The notes: a model not told the origin generated them from the letters alone. A stretch of DNA of 63,385 bases, filler included, from Octopus bimaculoides (GCF_001194135.2; 7 parts of 7 records of this genome joined end to end with filler, not necessarily neighbours in it); one strand, 5' to 3'; shown: positions 40,336 through 51,860, numbered from the whole stretch's first letter. Numbers and translations are program-made.

Positions 40336-41390
40336 TGGTGAAACACGACCTTCGAACGTTGAGCCTCACAGAGGCAATGACAAGCAACCGAGACCCTTGG
40401 AGACATGCTGTGCTTGAGAAGACCCAGCAAGCCAAGTGAGACTAGCCGTGGCCTATGCCAGTGTCACATACCTGGCCCATTTAAGAGTACCCTTCAATCA
40501 TTGGGCAATAAACTGTGCTTGAGAAGACCTATTGAGTCAGGTGAAGTCATTGTCGTGGCCAATGCCAGTACCACCTGACTGGCTCCCATGCCAGCAGGAA
40601 AAGCAAACATTAAATGATGATGATAATGATGATGATGTATATGCATGACAGAGTGTAAGTGTCCTGAGAGAGAGGTTGGACATAAGAAGCATCAGATGTG
40701 GTATGCAAGAGAGACAACAATGCTGGTATGGCCATGTGATGTGTATGTATGAGGCCTGGAGAGAACCTGTGGAAGAGGTAGACCCAGGAAGACATGGGAC
40801 AAGATGGTGAAGCACAATCTTCGAATGTTGGGCCTCACATAGGCAATGACAAGCTACCAAGACCTTTGGCAATCTACTGTGCTTGAGAAGACTCATCAAG
40901 CCAAGTGAGATTGTAGTCATGGCCAATACCAGTATTACGTAACTGGCCCATTAAAAACACCCTTCAGTCATTGGTTGATATGTTGGGCTTGTGAAGACCA
41001 GTTGAACCAAGTGAAATCCTAGCTATGGCCAATGCCAGTGCTGTCTGATTGGCACCTGTGTCAGTTGCATGTAAAAACTGCCTTCATGGAGGCAGTGACA
41101 AGTGACCAAAACCTTTGGTGATGCACCATGCTTGTGTAGACCTGTCAAGCCAAGTGAGATCATAACTGTGGCTGATGCCAGTGTCAGGTCAATGGCACCC
41201 ATGCTGGTGGCATGTAAAAACACCCACTACACTCTCATTGGTTGGTGTTAGGAAGGGCACCCAGCAGTAGAAACCTTGCCAAATCAGTTCAGAACCTAGT
41301 GCAGCTCCCCAGCTTACCAGTTTTCAGTCAAACTGTTCATCCAATGTCAGCATGGAAAGTAGATGTTGAATGATAAAGAATGATGATGAA
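40336..41390 (+). mobile_element. Two RTE LINE 3' ends (RT C-terminus, repeated 3' modules, (GAT)n tail)
   Basis: VKHDLRTLSLTEAMT and WYGHV...RGRPRKTW; ends in catggaaag...gatgatgat tails. Confidence 0.75.
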
Positions 41391-42041
41391 ATATATATAT
41401 ATGTATGCATGTATGCATGTATATATATGTATGTATGTATGTGTGTATGTATATATATATATATNNNNNNNNNNNNNNNNNNNNNNNNNNNNNNNNNNNN
41501 NNNNNNNNNNNNNNNNNNNNNNNNNNNNNNNNNNNNNNNNNNNNNNNNNNNNNNNNNNNNNNNNNNNNNNNNNNNNNNNNNNNNNNNNNNNNNNNNNNNN
41601 NNNNNNNNNNNNNNNNNNNNNNNNNNNNNNNNNNNNNNNNNNNNNNNNNNNNNNNNNNNNNNNNNNNNNNNNNNNNNNNNNNNNNNNNNNNNNNNNNNNN
41701 NNNNNNNNNNNNNNNNNNNNNNNNNNNNNNNNNNNNNNNNNNNNNNNNNNNNNNNNNNNNNNNNNNNNNNNNNNNNNNNNNNNNNNNNNNNNNNNNNNNN
41801 NNNNNNNNNNNNNNNNNNNNNNNNNNNNNNNNNNNNNNNNNNNNNNNNNNNNNNNNNNNNNNNNNNNNNNNNNNNNNNNNNNNNNNNNATTTTGTCCCTA
41901 ATATTATTATATATATATATATGTATGTATGTATGTGTGTATGTATATATATATATATATGTATGTGTATGTATGTATATATATATATATGTATGTATAT
42001 GTATGTATATATATGTATATGTTTGAATGTATATACATATG

Positions 42042-42115
<74 letters not shown>

Positions 42116-42153
42116 TATATACCAACTTCACATACCAACTTTCTCACCTATAT

Positions 42154-42198
<45 letters not shown>

Positions 42199-42555
42199 TG
42201 TGTATGTGTGGAGGCACAACGGCCCAGTGGTTAGGGCAGTGGACTCGTGGTCAAAGGATTGTGGTTTCAATTCCCAGACTGGGCGTTGTGAGTGTTTATT
42301 GACCGAAAATACCTAAAGCTCCATGAGGCTCTGGCAGGGGGTGGTGGTGAACCCTGTTGTACCTGTATTTCAAAGAGCCAGCCTTGTCACACTCTGTGTC
42401 ACACTGAATCTCCCCGAGAACTACATTAAGGGTACATGGCTGTGGAGTGCTCAGCCACTTGCGCATTAATTTCATGAGCAGGCTATTCCATTGATCAGAT
42501 CAAATGAAACCCTCGTTGTTGTAACCAATGGAGTGCCACGATATATATATATATA

Positions 42556-42675
42556 CAGTAGAACCTCGGTTTTTGAACAACTTTGGTCACAAATAAATCA
42601 TATTCATTTAATACAGTAGTACCTTGGTTTACAAACACCTCTGATCATGAATGAATTGTGTTTTATATATATCTG

Positions 42676-42759
<84 letters not shown>

Positions 42760-42811
42760 TAAAACATGATTTATTCGCAATCAGAGTTGTTCAAAAACTG
42801 AGGTACTACTG
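42556..42811. mobile_element. pogo/Tigger-like MITE abutting the mariner
   Basis: 27-bp TIR CAGTAG(A/T)ACCTC(G/A)GTTTTTGAACAACT with TA flanks; (TATC)n/(TA)n inside. Confidence 0.75.
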
Positions 42812-42817
42812 TATATA

Positions 42818-44206
42818 TTGGGTTGGCAACTAAGTTCCTGCCGTTTTTTTAAATTTTGGAATTTATTGCGTTTTTAAATTTTGGAATCCATTTTTTTTTT
42901 TTNNNNNNNNNNNNNNNNNNNNNNNNNNNNNNNNNNNNNNNNNNNNNNNNNNNNNNNNNNNNNNNNNNNNNNNNNNNNNNNNNNNNNNNNNNNNNNNNNN
43001 NNNNNNNNNNNNNNNNNNNNNNNNNNNNNNNNNNNNNNNNNNNNNNNNNNNATTGGAATGCCAAGTTAAAAAAAATGAGCATTTTCGACACCTCCTTCTT
43101 TATGATTTTAATCAAGGTTCTAAGGCTGCAAAAGCTGCTCGCGACATTTGTGCTGTGTATGGAGAGGGTGCCATAGCTGAAAGAACCTTGTGATTGTATG
43201 CCAAGTTCAAAAATTGAACCTTGTGATTGGTATGCCAAGTTCAAAAATTGAAATTTTGACCTCAAAAACGCACCTCGTTCTGGCCGTCCAGTTGAGTTCA
43301 ATGAAGAGCGATTAAACCAACATTTGCACGAAAATTCTCGTCAAACGACAAGGGAACTGGCAGAGAAAATGGAATGCTCCCACACTGCTATAGAGAAGCA
43401 TCTTCACTCGATGGGAAAGGTTCAGATGTATGAAGCATGGGTTCTGCATGCTTTAAATGACAACAACAAAAATCAACGAGCCACAATCTCCACTGGTTTG
43501 CTTGCTTGTCACCACTCAACTCATGGACACAAGCAACAATTTCTTTACCGAATCGTTACTGGCGATGAAAAATGGTGCCTGTACACCAATATGAAGCAGC
43601 GTAAGGAATGGCTTAGCCCCTGTAAACAAGCAACACCATATGTGAAACAAGATCATCCGCGTAAAATGATGTTGTGTGTATGATAGGACTAGGAAGGGAT
43701 TATCCATTACAAATTGCTTGAACAGAACTAAATGGTCAACGCAAAACTCTATGTTCAACAATTGGAATGAGCCAGCACGGCTATTCAAGAGAAAAGAACT
43801 AATTGGCAGCATGGAGTTCTTCAGCTGCACGACAACACCAGCCCTCATATCACCAGTATTGACCAAGGAAGCCATTCAAACACATGGCTAGGAAGTGCTG
43901 CCACACCCACCGTACTCTCCTGATTTGGCACCAATGGATTTCCACCTCTTTCGATCTCCTTCAAATGCTATGCACAGAGTTTTGTTCAATACTGATGCAG
44001 AATTGAGGGCTTGGTTGGATCAATTTTTCAAGTCAAAATCGGGTGATTTCTACAAACGAGGTATTGAAAATCTTGTTGAACATTGGGAAGAAGTTGTAAA
44101 CAACAAGGGTGAATACATTATTGAATAATTAGTTATTATTTTTTTATCAAACATTTTGAAAAATTTAAACTAAAAAAAAAATAGTGGGAACTTAGTTGCC
44201 AACCCA

Positions 44207-44207
<1 letters not shown>
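42818..44207 (+). mobile_element. Full-length decayed mariner (DD34D; TIR resembles the mellifera subfamily)
   Basis: TIR TTGGGTTGGCAACTAAGTTCC and its complement; TA on both sides; IVTGDEKW, HDN, HPPYSPDLAPMDFHLF motifs; stops, frameshifts and a ~33-bp internal duplication near 43185-43250. Confidence 0.93.
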
Positions 44208-44237
<30 letters not shown>

Positions 44238-44238
<1 letters not shown>

Positions 44239-44428
44239 AGTGAAAATTTACAAAAAAAAACAAAAGATGAAGACAGGTGTGTAAACAACAAACAGATGTA
44301 TTAGTTTAATGCTCGGGAAATGAGAAAGCCTTTTACATATTGAGCCTACGCTCTTCAACAGAAAGGAACACAGAAATAAACAGGGAGAGAAAATAAAAAA
44401 AGGTTTAGTGGCTAGCGATTTATCATAG
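44238..44428 (-). repeat. Same repeat (copy 2)
   Basis: Minus strand reads CTTT-CTGTTGA-A-GAGC GTAG GCTC-AATA-TGTA-AAAG. Confidence 0.55.
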
Positions 44429-44836
44429 TGAATATATATATATATTGGATAATGTGTTGTGTTCTTGAGCAAAACACTTCATTTCATGTTGCTCCAGTCC
44501 TGCTTTCTGTCAGCAGCGAATGTTGGCTTGCTCACCTAGCCAGCTGGGTGGCATCATTCGAAGGCTAAAACGATGCAAAATGCATTATGACCAGTGATGT
44601 GCAGTAGCATCTGATAGTCTGATCAATCACATGATATATATATATATATGTATGCATATATTTATTCTTATTTTTTACCCTTTTACCACTATCTTATTTT
44701 TTATTTCTTTCTCCGATCTTTCTTTCTCTCTTTCTCCCTCTCTCATACACTCTCTCACAAAGCCCATTTATGTCCATCATACTTTCTGTATAGACATTTA
44801 CAATATGAATACATTCAAAATACTGCCTGGATTTAC

Positions 44837-44895
44837 CTGGAATTTTAACTCAAGACCTGTACCTTCATGGAAGTACCGACCAACATCCATATCCT
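44837..44895 (-). CDS. Candidate exon of an unidentified minus-strand gene (DMDVGRYFHEGTGLELKFQ)
   Basis: Acceptor tcatctttttccag, donor CAG|GTAAAT, 59 nt. Only one frame is open. No homology recognised. Confidence 0.35.
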
Positions 44896-44949
44896 CTGGA
44901 AAAAGATGAGTTGTGAACATTATTCTCCTGTCTATATTCCTCTAACTAC

Positions 44950-45021
44950 TTTTACTCTTTATTCTTCTATTTTACTCCTTTATTCTTCTATTTTACTCCT
45001 TTATTCTTCTATTTTATTCCT
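44950..45021. repeat. 21-bp tandem repeat (TTTTACTCCTTTATTCTTCTA), about 3 copies
   Basis: Read directly from the sequence. Confidence 0.85.
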
Positions 45022-45646
45022 TATAAACTGTGAACTTTATGCCTTGTAAGCTGTACATTTTTCCTCGTCTAAAATATTCATACCTTGTCTCTGATGCTAA
45101 CCTACCATTTGAGTTGTCCTAAAAACAGCTGTAAGACTTCAAATTAAATTATTCTAAATGACTTGAAATACTTGTTCTGCCTTGGTTTTGATTTTTTCTC
45201 TAATATTATATATACCTGCTATAACAGGACCCTAACATGGATCCCTGAATCCAGCCTTAGTTGTGATCTTGAAACCTAATGGTTGACCTACTATAGCACT
45301 TACCCAGCATACCTTTTCGTTTAGTGAACTGAAGACCTCATATTCTTTATGTATAAATATATGTAAAAACCTTGTGATTGGTTTTGATAGACAGAAAGTG
45401 AAAGAAGCCAATTGTATATGAATATATGTTTCTGTATGTGTGTATGTGCCTTGACAACCAATGTTGGTGTGTTGATGTCCTCATAACTCAGCAGTTCGGC
45501 AGAAGAGACCAATAAAATTAGTACCAGGCTTAAAGATATATGTACTGTCAATCTGTTTGACTAAAATGTTTCAAGGCAGTGCCCCAACATGACTGCAATC
45601 TAATGACCAAAACAAGTAAAAGAATGAATGAATATGTATATATGTT

Positions 45647-45675
<29 letters not shown>

Positions 45676-45678
<3 letters not shown>

Positions 45679-46401
45679 CACGTGTATAAGGGATGACCAC
45701 TAGGTGGACATCCAATATGCAAGAAAGAGGTCATCAACGACCCAACCACAAAGAAAAATAATGTTCTCCAGAAAAATTTTGCAAAAACACCAGAACAGGA
45801 CAAAAGGAGAAATATACAGAATAAAGAATTATCTATGGACTGCAGTTTCGCACATTAACATTTTACTTACGTAACAATAGCCGTACATAACAACATCCGT
45901 GTTCTCATCAGCATAGATGTTCTAGAATCAATATAATTTGCAGAACTATACACAAATTGTCTTCATGAAATAAGACTTGCATATAGTTCTAATGATTACA
46001 TTGGGGCTATTTTTCAAAATGCCTCAGCTCCGGCGCACAAAATTCTGGAAACAATTCTGCAGAGAATAAATCACTGCAGTATATGTTGCCGGCTGGAGAA
46101 CATAACTATTTGAATTATTATTTATATAGATAGGGTGATGAATTGAATATTAATTCAATTTAAAACCAAGTGGCCGAGCATATAAAAAATTTAAAAATTC
46201 GAAAAAAATTGTACTACACGTGTATAAGGGATGACCACTAGGTGGACATTCAATATGCTAGAAAGAGGTCATCAATGACCCAACCATAAAGAAAAATAAT
46301 GTTCTCCAGAAAAATTTCGCTAAAACACCAGAAATGAGAAATATGCAGAATAAAGAATTATCTATGGACTGCAGTTTCGAACATTAACGTTTTACTTACG
46401 T

Positions 46402-46406
<5 letters not shown>
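45676..46406 (-). mobile_element. Head-to-tail ~538-bp repeat (one full unit plus a partial one) carrying hammerhead motifs: retrozyme-like or PLE pLTR
   Basis: 45676-~45877 is repeated at 46214-46406, including the 3' half of the ribozyme; flanked by (TATC)n and (TA)n. Confidence 0.7.
45831..45918 (-). ncRNA. Type I hammerhead ribozyme motif
   Basis: ATCTATG-CTGATGA-GAACA...TGTGC-GAAAC-TGCA-GTC-CATAGAT: 7-bp stem I, intact core, palindromic stem III, GUC cleavage triplet (cut between 45838 and 45837). Confidence 0.85.
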
Positions 46407-46439
<33 letters not shown>

Positions 46440-48875
46440 TCAAAAAGGGATAAAACTCTTTTACAAGAATTTTATCAAGAAGCCAATCATCATNNNNNNN
46501 NNNNNNNNNNNNNNNNNNNNNNNNNNNNNNNNNNNNNTTAATTAATTAANNNNNNNNNNNNNNNNNNNNNNNNNNNNNNNNNNNNNNNNNNNNTATATGC
46601 GTGTGCGTATAACTTTATTAGTTGTTAGCTGTAAAGCTGCTTGCGTGTTTCACGGGTCCACAGTTTCGTGTGACACTACGACACCACTTACCGATCGTTT
46701 GATAAATGAAGTAAAGCGAAACTCGAGTCGTTGAATCATATACGTAACTTACCCAACAAGAAATAACTAAAGAAATAAATATATTATAACATACTTCTTG
46801 CCAAAAAAAAAACACTCTTGAGTATTTTTACCATTGGTCTACTGAAATCAAATTTGAGTTTTACGTGTTTCATCGTTTTGGACTCTTGTATTCTTTGAAC
46901 CCCTAAGAGAAATTCCCATTGTCTTAAATATATAAAGCTTGTTTTAACATCTCTTACGTTTGTGACAATGCATGGCAGAAGATCCGTGTATATTAACACT
47001 TGGGGTTAAAAATAGCATTAAAGTCCGTCGCGAACGGAACAGTCATCTTGAAGTGGCAACAAATAGCACTTGTTAGTACAACTACTGCGTTCATCTCTTA
47101 GAGAGATATTAGAAGTAGCTTTTTTTGCTTGTTGTTAATACCTTTGTTTTGGATTTAATTCCAATATGCCACTCTGACGAACGTGAAGGGAAACTGTAAG
47201 AATCCTCCTCTGTTGGTGTTCGTTGGTCAAGTTATATTTAATCATCGTTATTATCATTTGACATCCTTAATCAAGTCAGACCTCACAGCTCTTACGTAAA
47301 ACCTAATTACCAGGCATTCTCCTTTGTGATGCGATACTTCACATTTCATATCATGAATTTCTGGTGGTGATATTTGAAAGAGAAGACAACGCGGCCAATT
47401 TCACCAACTGGCTGACATCGTTAAAGGACAAATAGTGACACTAGCTATCATTTACTTTAAGGCAGTGCTCCCCAACCGGTATGCCGCGGCACACTGGTGT
47501 ACCACGCGATGATGCTAAGTGTACTGCAGTGTAACCTGAATATAACTTTCTTTATTATACTTTTAGTTATATCTTTAGTTCATGTATGCCGTCGAATTTT
47601 GAAAAACATATAATCGTACCGCAAGTAAAGGTCCATATTTTTTGTGTTCAATCTGATTTCCACAAAATAGTTTCCACCTGACAAAAACATCGAGTATACC
47701 AACCATCTTAATTACGTTTTTAATCTTTATAAAGTATGAAAGATATTTGCTTCAAAAGATTTGCTTAAAACAGACGTCCAAACATTCTTCATTTTCCTGC
47801 AAGCTTATCATACCATGACCTTCCAGTTGAAAAAACTTTTTTTTGTTTTTTATAGCCGATCACATATGAATCCCACTGTTTAAAAATTACCTACGCAGTT
47901 TAGAAAACTTTTAGCTTATTGCTTTAAGCCTTTTAGCATTCAGATTTCTCTGTTATATATAATCCTTATTTATCCACTTTGTTTCGAATTAATCAAGCAT
48001 TAGTTTGTGGTTTCAAGATTTCGAGAATTACATTGCAGGGTGGTGTATGAGAGGGTGGTTCTGGTCGGTTCGAATATCAAACAGGTAGCATATTTTTGAG
48101 CGGTCATAGCCAGTTTATGACGAAGATAAATGCATTCTTTTTATTAGCCTTTTTTGGAAGGAGTCGTAATCGTTTTGCTGCTTCTTATTGTTGTCATGTG
48201 AATCATGAATTGGCGAATTGTACAAGAGCCTCTGCAAAATCTCCATCGGTTTCATATTTAGATGTACAGCGAAGGCATTTTCTTGGAGTATATTAAAGAT
48301 GAACTTTGATATATAACAACATTTCCGTCGATACATGAAACATTTAAAGGGATAGCACGAAAATGTCATTTGTTATCTTTTATCTTTTACTTGTTTCAAT
48401 CATTGAACTGTGCATATATATNNNNNNNNNNNNNNNNNNNNNNNNNNNNNNNNNNNNNNNNNNNNNNNNNNNNNNNNNNNNNNNNNNNNNNNNNNNNNNN
48501 NNNNNNNNNNNNNNNNNNNNNNNNNNNNNNNNNNNNNNNNNNNNNNNNNNNNNNNNNNNNNNNNNNNNNNNNNNNNNNNNNNNNNNNNNNNNNNNNNNNN
48601 NNNNNNNNNNNNNNNNNNNNNNNNNNNNNNNNNNNNNNNNNNNNNNNNNNNNNNNNNNNNNNNNNNNNNNNNNNNNNNNNNNNNNNNNNNNNNNNNNNNN
48701 NNNNNNNNNNNNNNNNNNNNNNNNNNNNNNNNNNNNNNNNNNNNNNNNNNNNNNNNNNNNNNNNNNNNNNNNNNNNNNNNNNNNNNNNNNNNNNNNNNNN
48801 NNNNNNNNNNNNNNNNNNNNNNNNNNNNNNNNNNNNNNNNNNNNNNNNNNNNNNNNNNNNNNNNNNNNNNGTGTG

Positions 48876-48910
<35 letters not shown>

Positions 48911-49077
48911 GTGGTACTTATTTTTCTTTGTCTGTCTCTTGCCGGACCGCTAAGTTACTTCATTTCAGGCAGCTCTGCTAGATCTGACACGTGGTACCCC
49001 GTACACCTGTTCAAACCACGTCGATTTGATGGAGAAAGTGAGCTAATGAACAGCACATACATTTGGTTAGTATAAAC

Positions 49078-49346
49078 CAGTGGTTCCCAAAGTGGGCAAT
49101 ACTGCCCCCTTGAGAGCGGTTTTGAAGAAAAGTGAGATGATAAAGGAGTGGCCAAAATCGGGTGATAGGGGTAATTAAAAAATATTAATAGGTTAATTAA
49201 GTTTAAGTTTTATTTGTGAAATATAGTTGTTTTGAATTTGCTGCAGAAAGTGGCCTATATTAGTGGTGGGAAGGGTGACGAGGGCGCAAGGAATGTGGCC
49301 TGGGCGCCAAGTGGGGTGGCAGCTTGAAAAAGTTTGGGAACTACTG
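49078..49346. mobile_element. hAT-like MITE
   Basis: Termini CAGTGGTTCCCAAA and TTTGGGAACTACTG; partial target duplication (ATAAAC). Confidence 0.7.
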
Positions 49347-49661
49347 ATAAACAAACCATTTGTACAGACTAGTCAGTAGGAACTTGCGGAACCTTCTCAT
49401 CAGTTGATTACAAAACGAGTGTCCACAAGACAACACACACACACACAATCGTAACAGTATGGTACCTTCTTACCCCGAACCCTCCACCCTTGATACCGTT
49501 GCTGCAATAACTACCTGCTGTTGCCATTCCATATTTTTTCTCTTCATTTGGCGTCTGACCCAGTTTTTAACTAAACATAGTACTTTCACAACATATACTC
49601 GACATCCAGCATTGTACGAGATTATCTCTCTCCCCTCCTTCATTACCCCTCTTTCTCTCAG

Positions 49662-49733
<72 letters not shown>

Positions 49734-49833
49734 NNNNNNNNNNNNNNNNNNNNNNNNNNNNNNNNNNNNNNNNNNNNTTAATTAATTAANNNNNNNNNNN
49801 NNNNNNNNNNNNNNNNNNNNNNNNNNNNNNNNN

Positions 49834-49984
49834 TGAGTGGTCGATCCTAACCCTATCCCTAACCCTAACCCTATCCCTAACCCGCGTGTGCAAATGAATA
49901 CGTGTTTAGGGTTAGGATCGACCACTCACGACTAGCTAGCGCGGACGCACGACTGAGCGTTCGGGTCCGCGCTGCTTTAGTAGT
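49834..49984 (+). mobile_element. Helitron/Helentron (HINE)-like 3' end containing telomeric repeats
   Basis: Perfect 22-bp inverted repeat (49834-49855 / 49907-49928), internal CCCTAA/CCCTAT units, GC-rich hairpin AGCGCGGAC/GTCCGCGCT at 49938-49973, then TTTAGTAGT. Confidence 0.5.
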
Positions 49985-50823
49985 ACCTGTGTGTTTTTCA
50001 TTCCAAATATTTTCAGAATATTTCAGGCAGAAACAAGTCGAGGCAAAGGCATCAGTTTAGCTGCTACTTCTAACAGGTCGAATGAGATAAGAGCCTGGTG
50101 TACCATCAGTTGGTCAGATGAGACAGTGAAACGCTTCCGGGAAGGATGTTTCGTTTCTCATTGAATTAATGAAACGAACCCTTCTATTTATTTATTTTTA
50201 ACGACAAAACACAAAATTTAATTTTATGTATGTATGACTTTTCGAAATGTTAATATAAAATGTTGTAGAAACGCGTCAGTGACCAGGTCGCAATTGGTAC
50301 GACGAACATTTTTACCCCAAATAATAAAAATTTAAGTGGAGTTAACAGTTTTCCTATGATTTTGAATGATTAATATGCGTTTCCTATGTTATAATTGTTT
50401 TAGTTGCTACACAGTCTCAGATAAAATCACTTACTTCCCAAACAAGTGCATCTCCGAAACGTTACTTTTATTTTTCCGAATTAATTTGTACCTAAAATCG
50501 AAGATTGCTCCACAAGCCGATCTGTTATCTTATTTCAAAATAGAATAATTTCTAACGAAAATTACTCGATAAGCTGTTAGTTAAGACATTCGTCTTCTTT
50601 CTGGTCGGTCTTTCGAATCACAATAAACGGTAGATGTCCGAAATATCAGCACCACCCCCAAAACAATTGCATCGAAGCTAAACCAAACTTTCAATGATCA
50701 ACAGAATTTAACGCAAGAAAAACCTGAAACATTTATGTAATTTAATTATTTCACAAAACAGCGACGTTAATGAATAAAACCGGGTAACATGTTGAAAGTA
50801 ATAATAATAATATTAATACTTAC

Positions 50824-51000
50824 AGACTGTTTAATATGAATGGGAATTTTTTGTGTGTGTAAGGAAGCGGTCGACAGACAAACAAGGTGGTTGTGTGTGT
50901 GAAATAGAATTAAGGAAACAAATTGAATCAAGGGGAATAACTCTAACTACTCCGAACCGACGAGAGACTCACTCGTGCGGGGAGAAGTGAGATTGGCAGT
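50824..51000 (-). other. Putative non-coding first exon of a divergent minus-strand gene
   Basis: GTAAGT donor on the minus strand at 50823-50818, preceded by unique sequence relatively rich in CpG. Confidence 0.25.
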
Positions 51001-51379
51001 GACAAAAGAACCAGGAAGTTATCAGGTGGCCATGAGGTGTGCTAAAAATAACAGCTAAATCGCCCTTTAATCACACACATACACATTTCTTTTTGCGTAA
51101 TGGTATGAATTCTTGTGTATAGAACATGAATTCGCAAGCAGTTTCTAAATATTCCGAAATATAAAAGAGTTATGAAGGGTTATATGAGGGGCTTAAACCA
51201 GAATTCTCTTTACATCCTAAACTCAAACGTCACCGGAGATCACTTTGCCTTCGTCTTTCTGCAACTAATAAAGTCGATATTTTTATTTATTTTACATTTT
51301 GTTTTATATCATATATCTGTGAACAACATCGTCATTGGTTACACATTTCCAAAAGTGATATATAACTGGTTCGCTGGTT

Positions 51380-51572
51380 TCTAACGGTCGCAGTGAGAAA
51401 GCATATGTCCGCAGTGCCTCGCTTTTGTGGAAATAAATACAAAGAGGGATTTTAAGTAAACAACACCGGTTTTACATGAAGCTTTACATTAATTGGAAGT
51501 GGAAATCTTCTGATAATAGAAAATACAAACGTGCAATAATTGCAAACAAGAGACTTTACTCTAATGTCAGCT
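51380..51572 (+). other. Putative non-coding first exon of ERCC5 (start approximate)
   Basis: Unique sequence ending in CT|GTGAGT at 51573. The acceptor at 52673 requires an upstream exon. There is no transcript evidence. Confidence 0.4.
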
Positions 51573-51860
51573 GTGAGTGTTTATATTATTTATAATATAA
51601 TATAATATAATATGGTTTATATATTATGTATCAGCTTGTTGCATATGCAGGGCTCACGTTCAGATGTACTAAATTTGTCAGAAAAGATTAAAAGAGAAGG
51701 CACGCGTCCACATGTTTCCCCCTCAGCTTTGTTGCGTGATGATAGCTTCCAGTAAAATGGATATTTTGTAATGAATTTTTCTACAAATACGCTTCAGATG
51801 GTGTAGATTCCAATCATATTGGAATATGTGGTGAAGTCATTTTCGGAGGGTGGCGGTGGG

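Noticed and set aside
47170-47200. CTGACGA...GAAAC-T-GTA hammerhead-like core
   Set aside because: No stem I complementarity and no credible stem II.
49846-49883. True telomere
   Set aside because: Only a few mixed CCCTAA/CCCTAT units, internal and enclosed by an inverted repeat.
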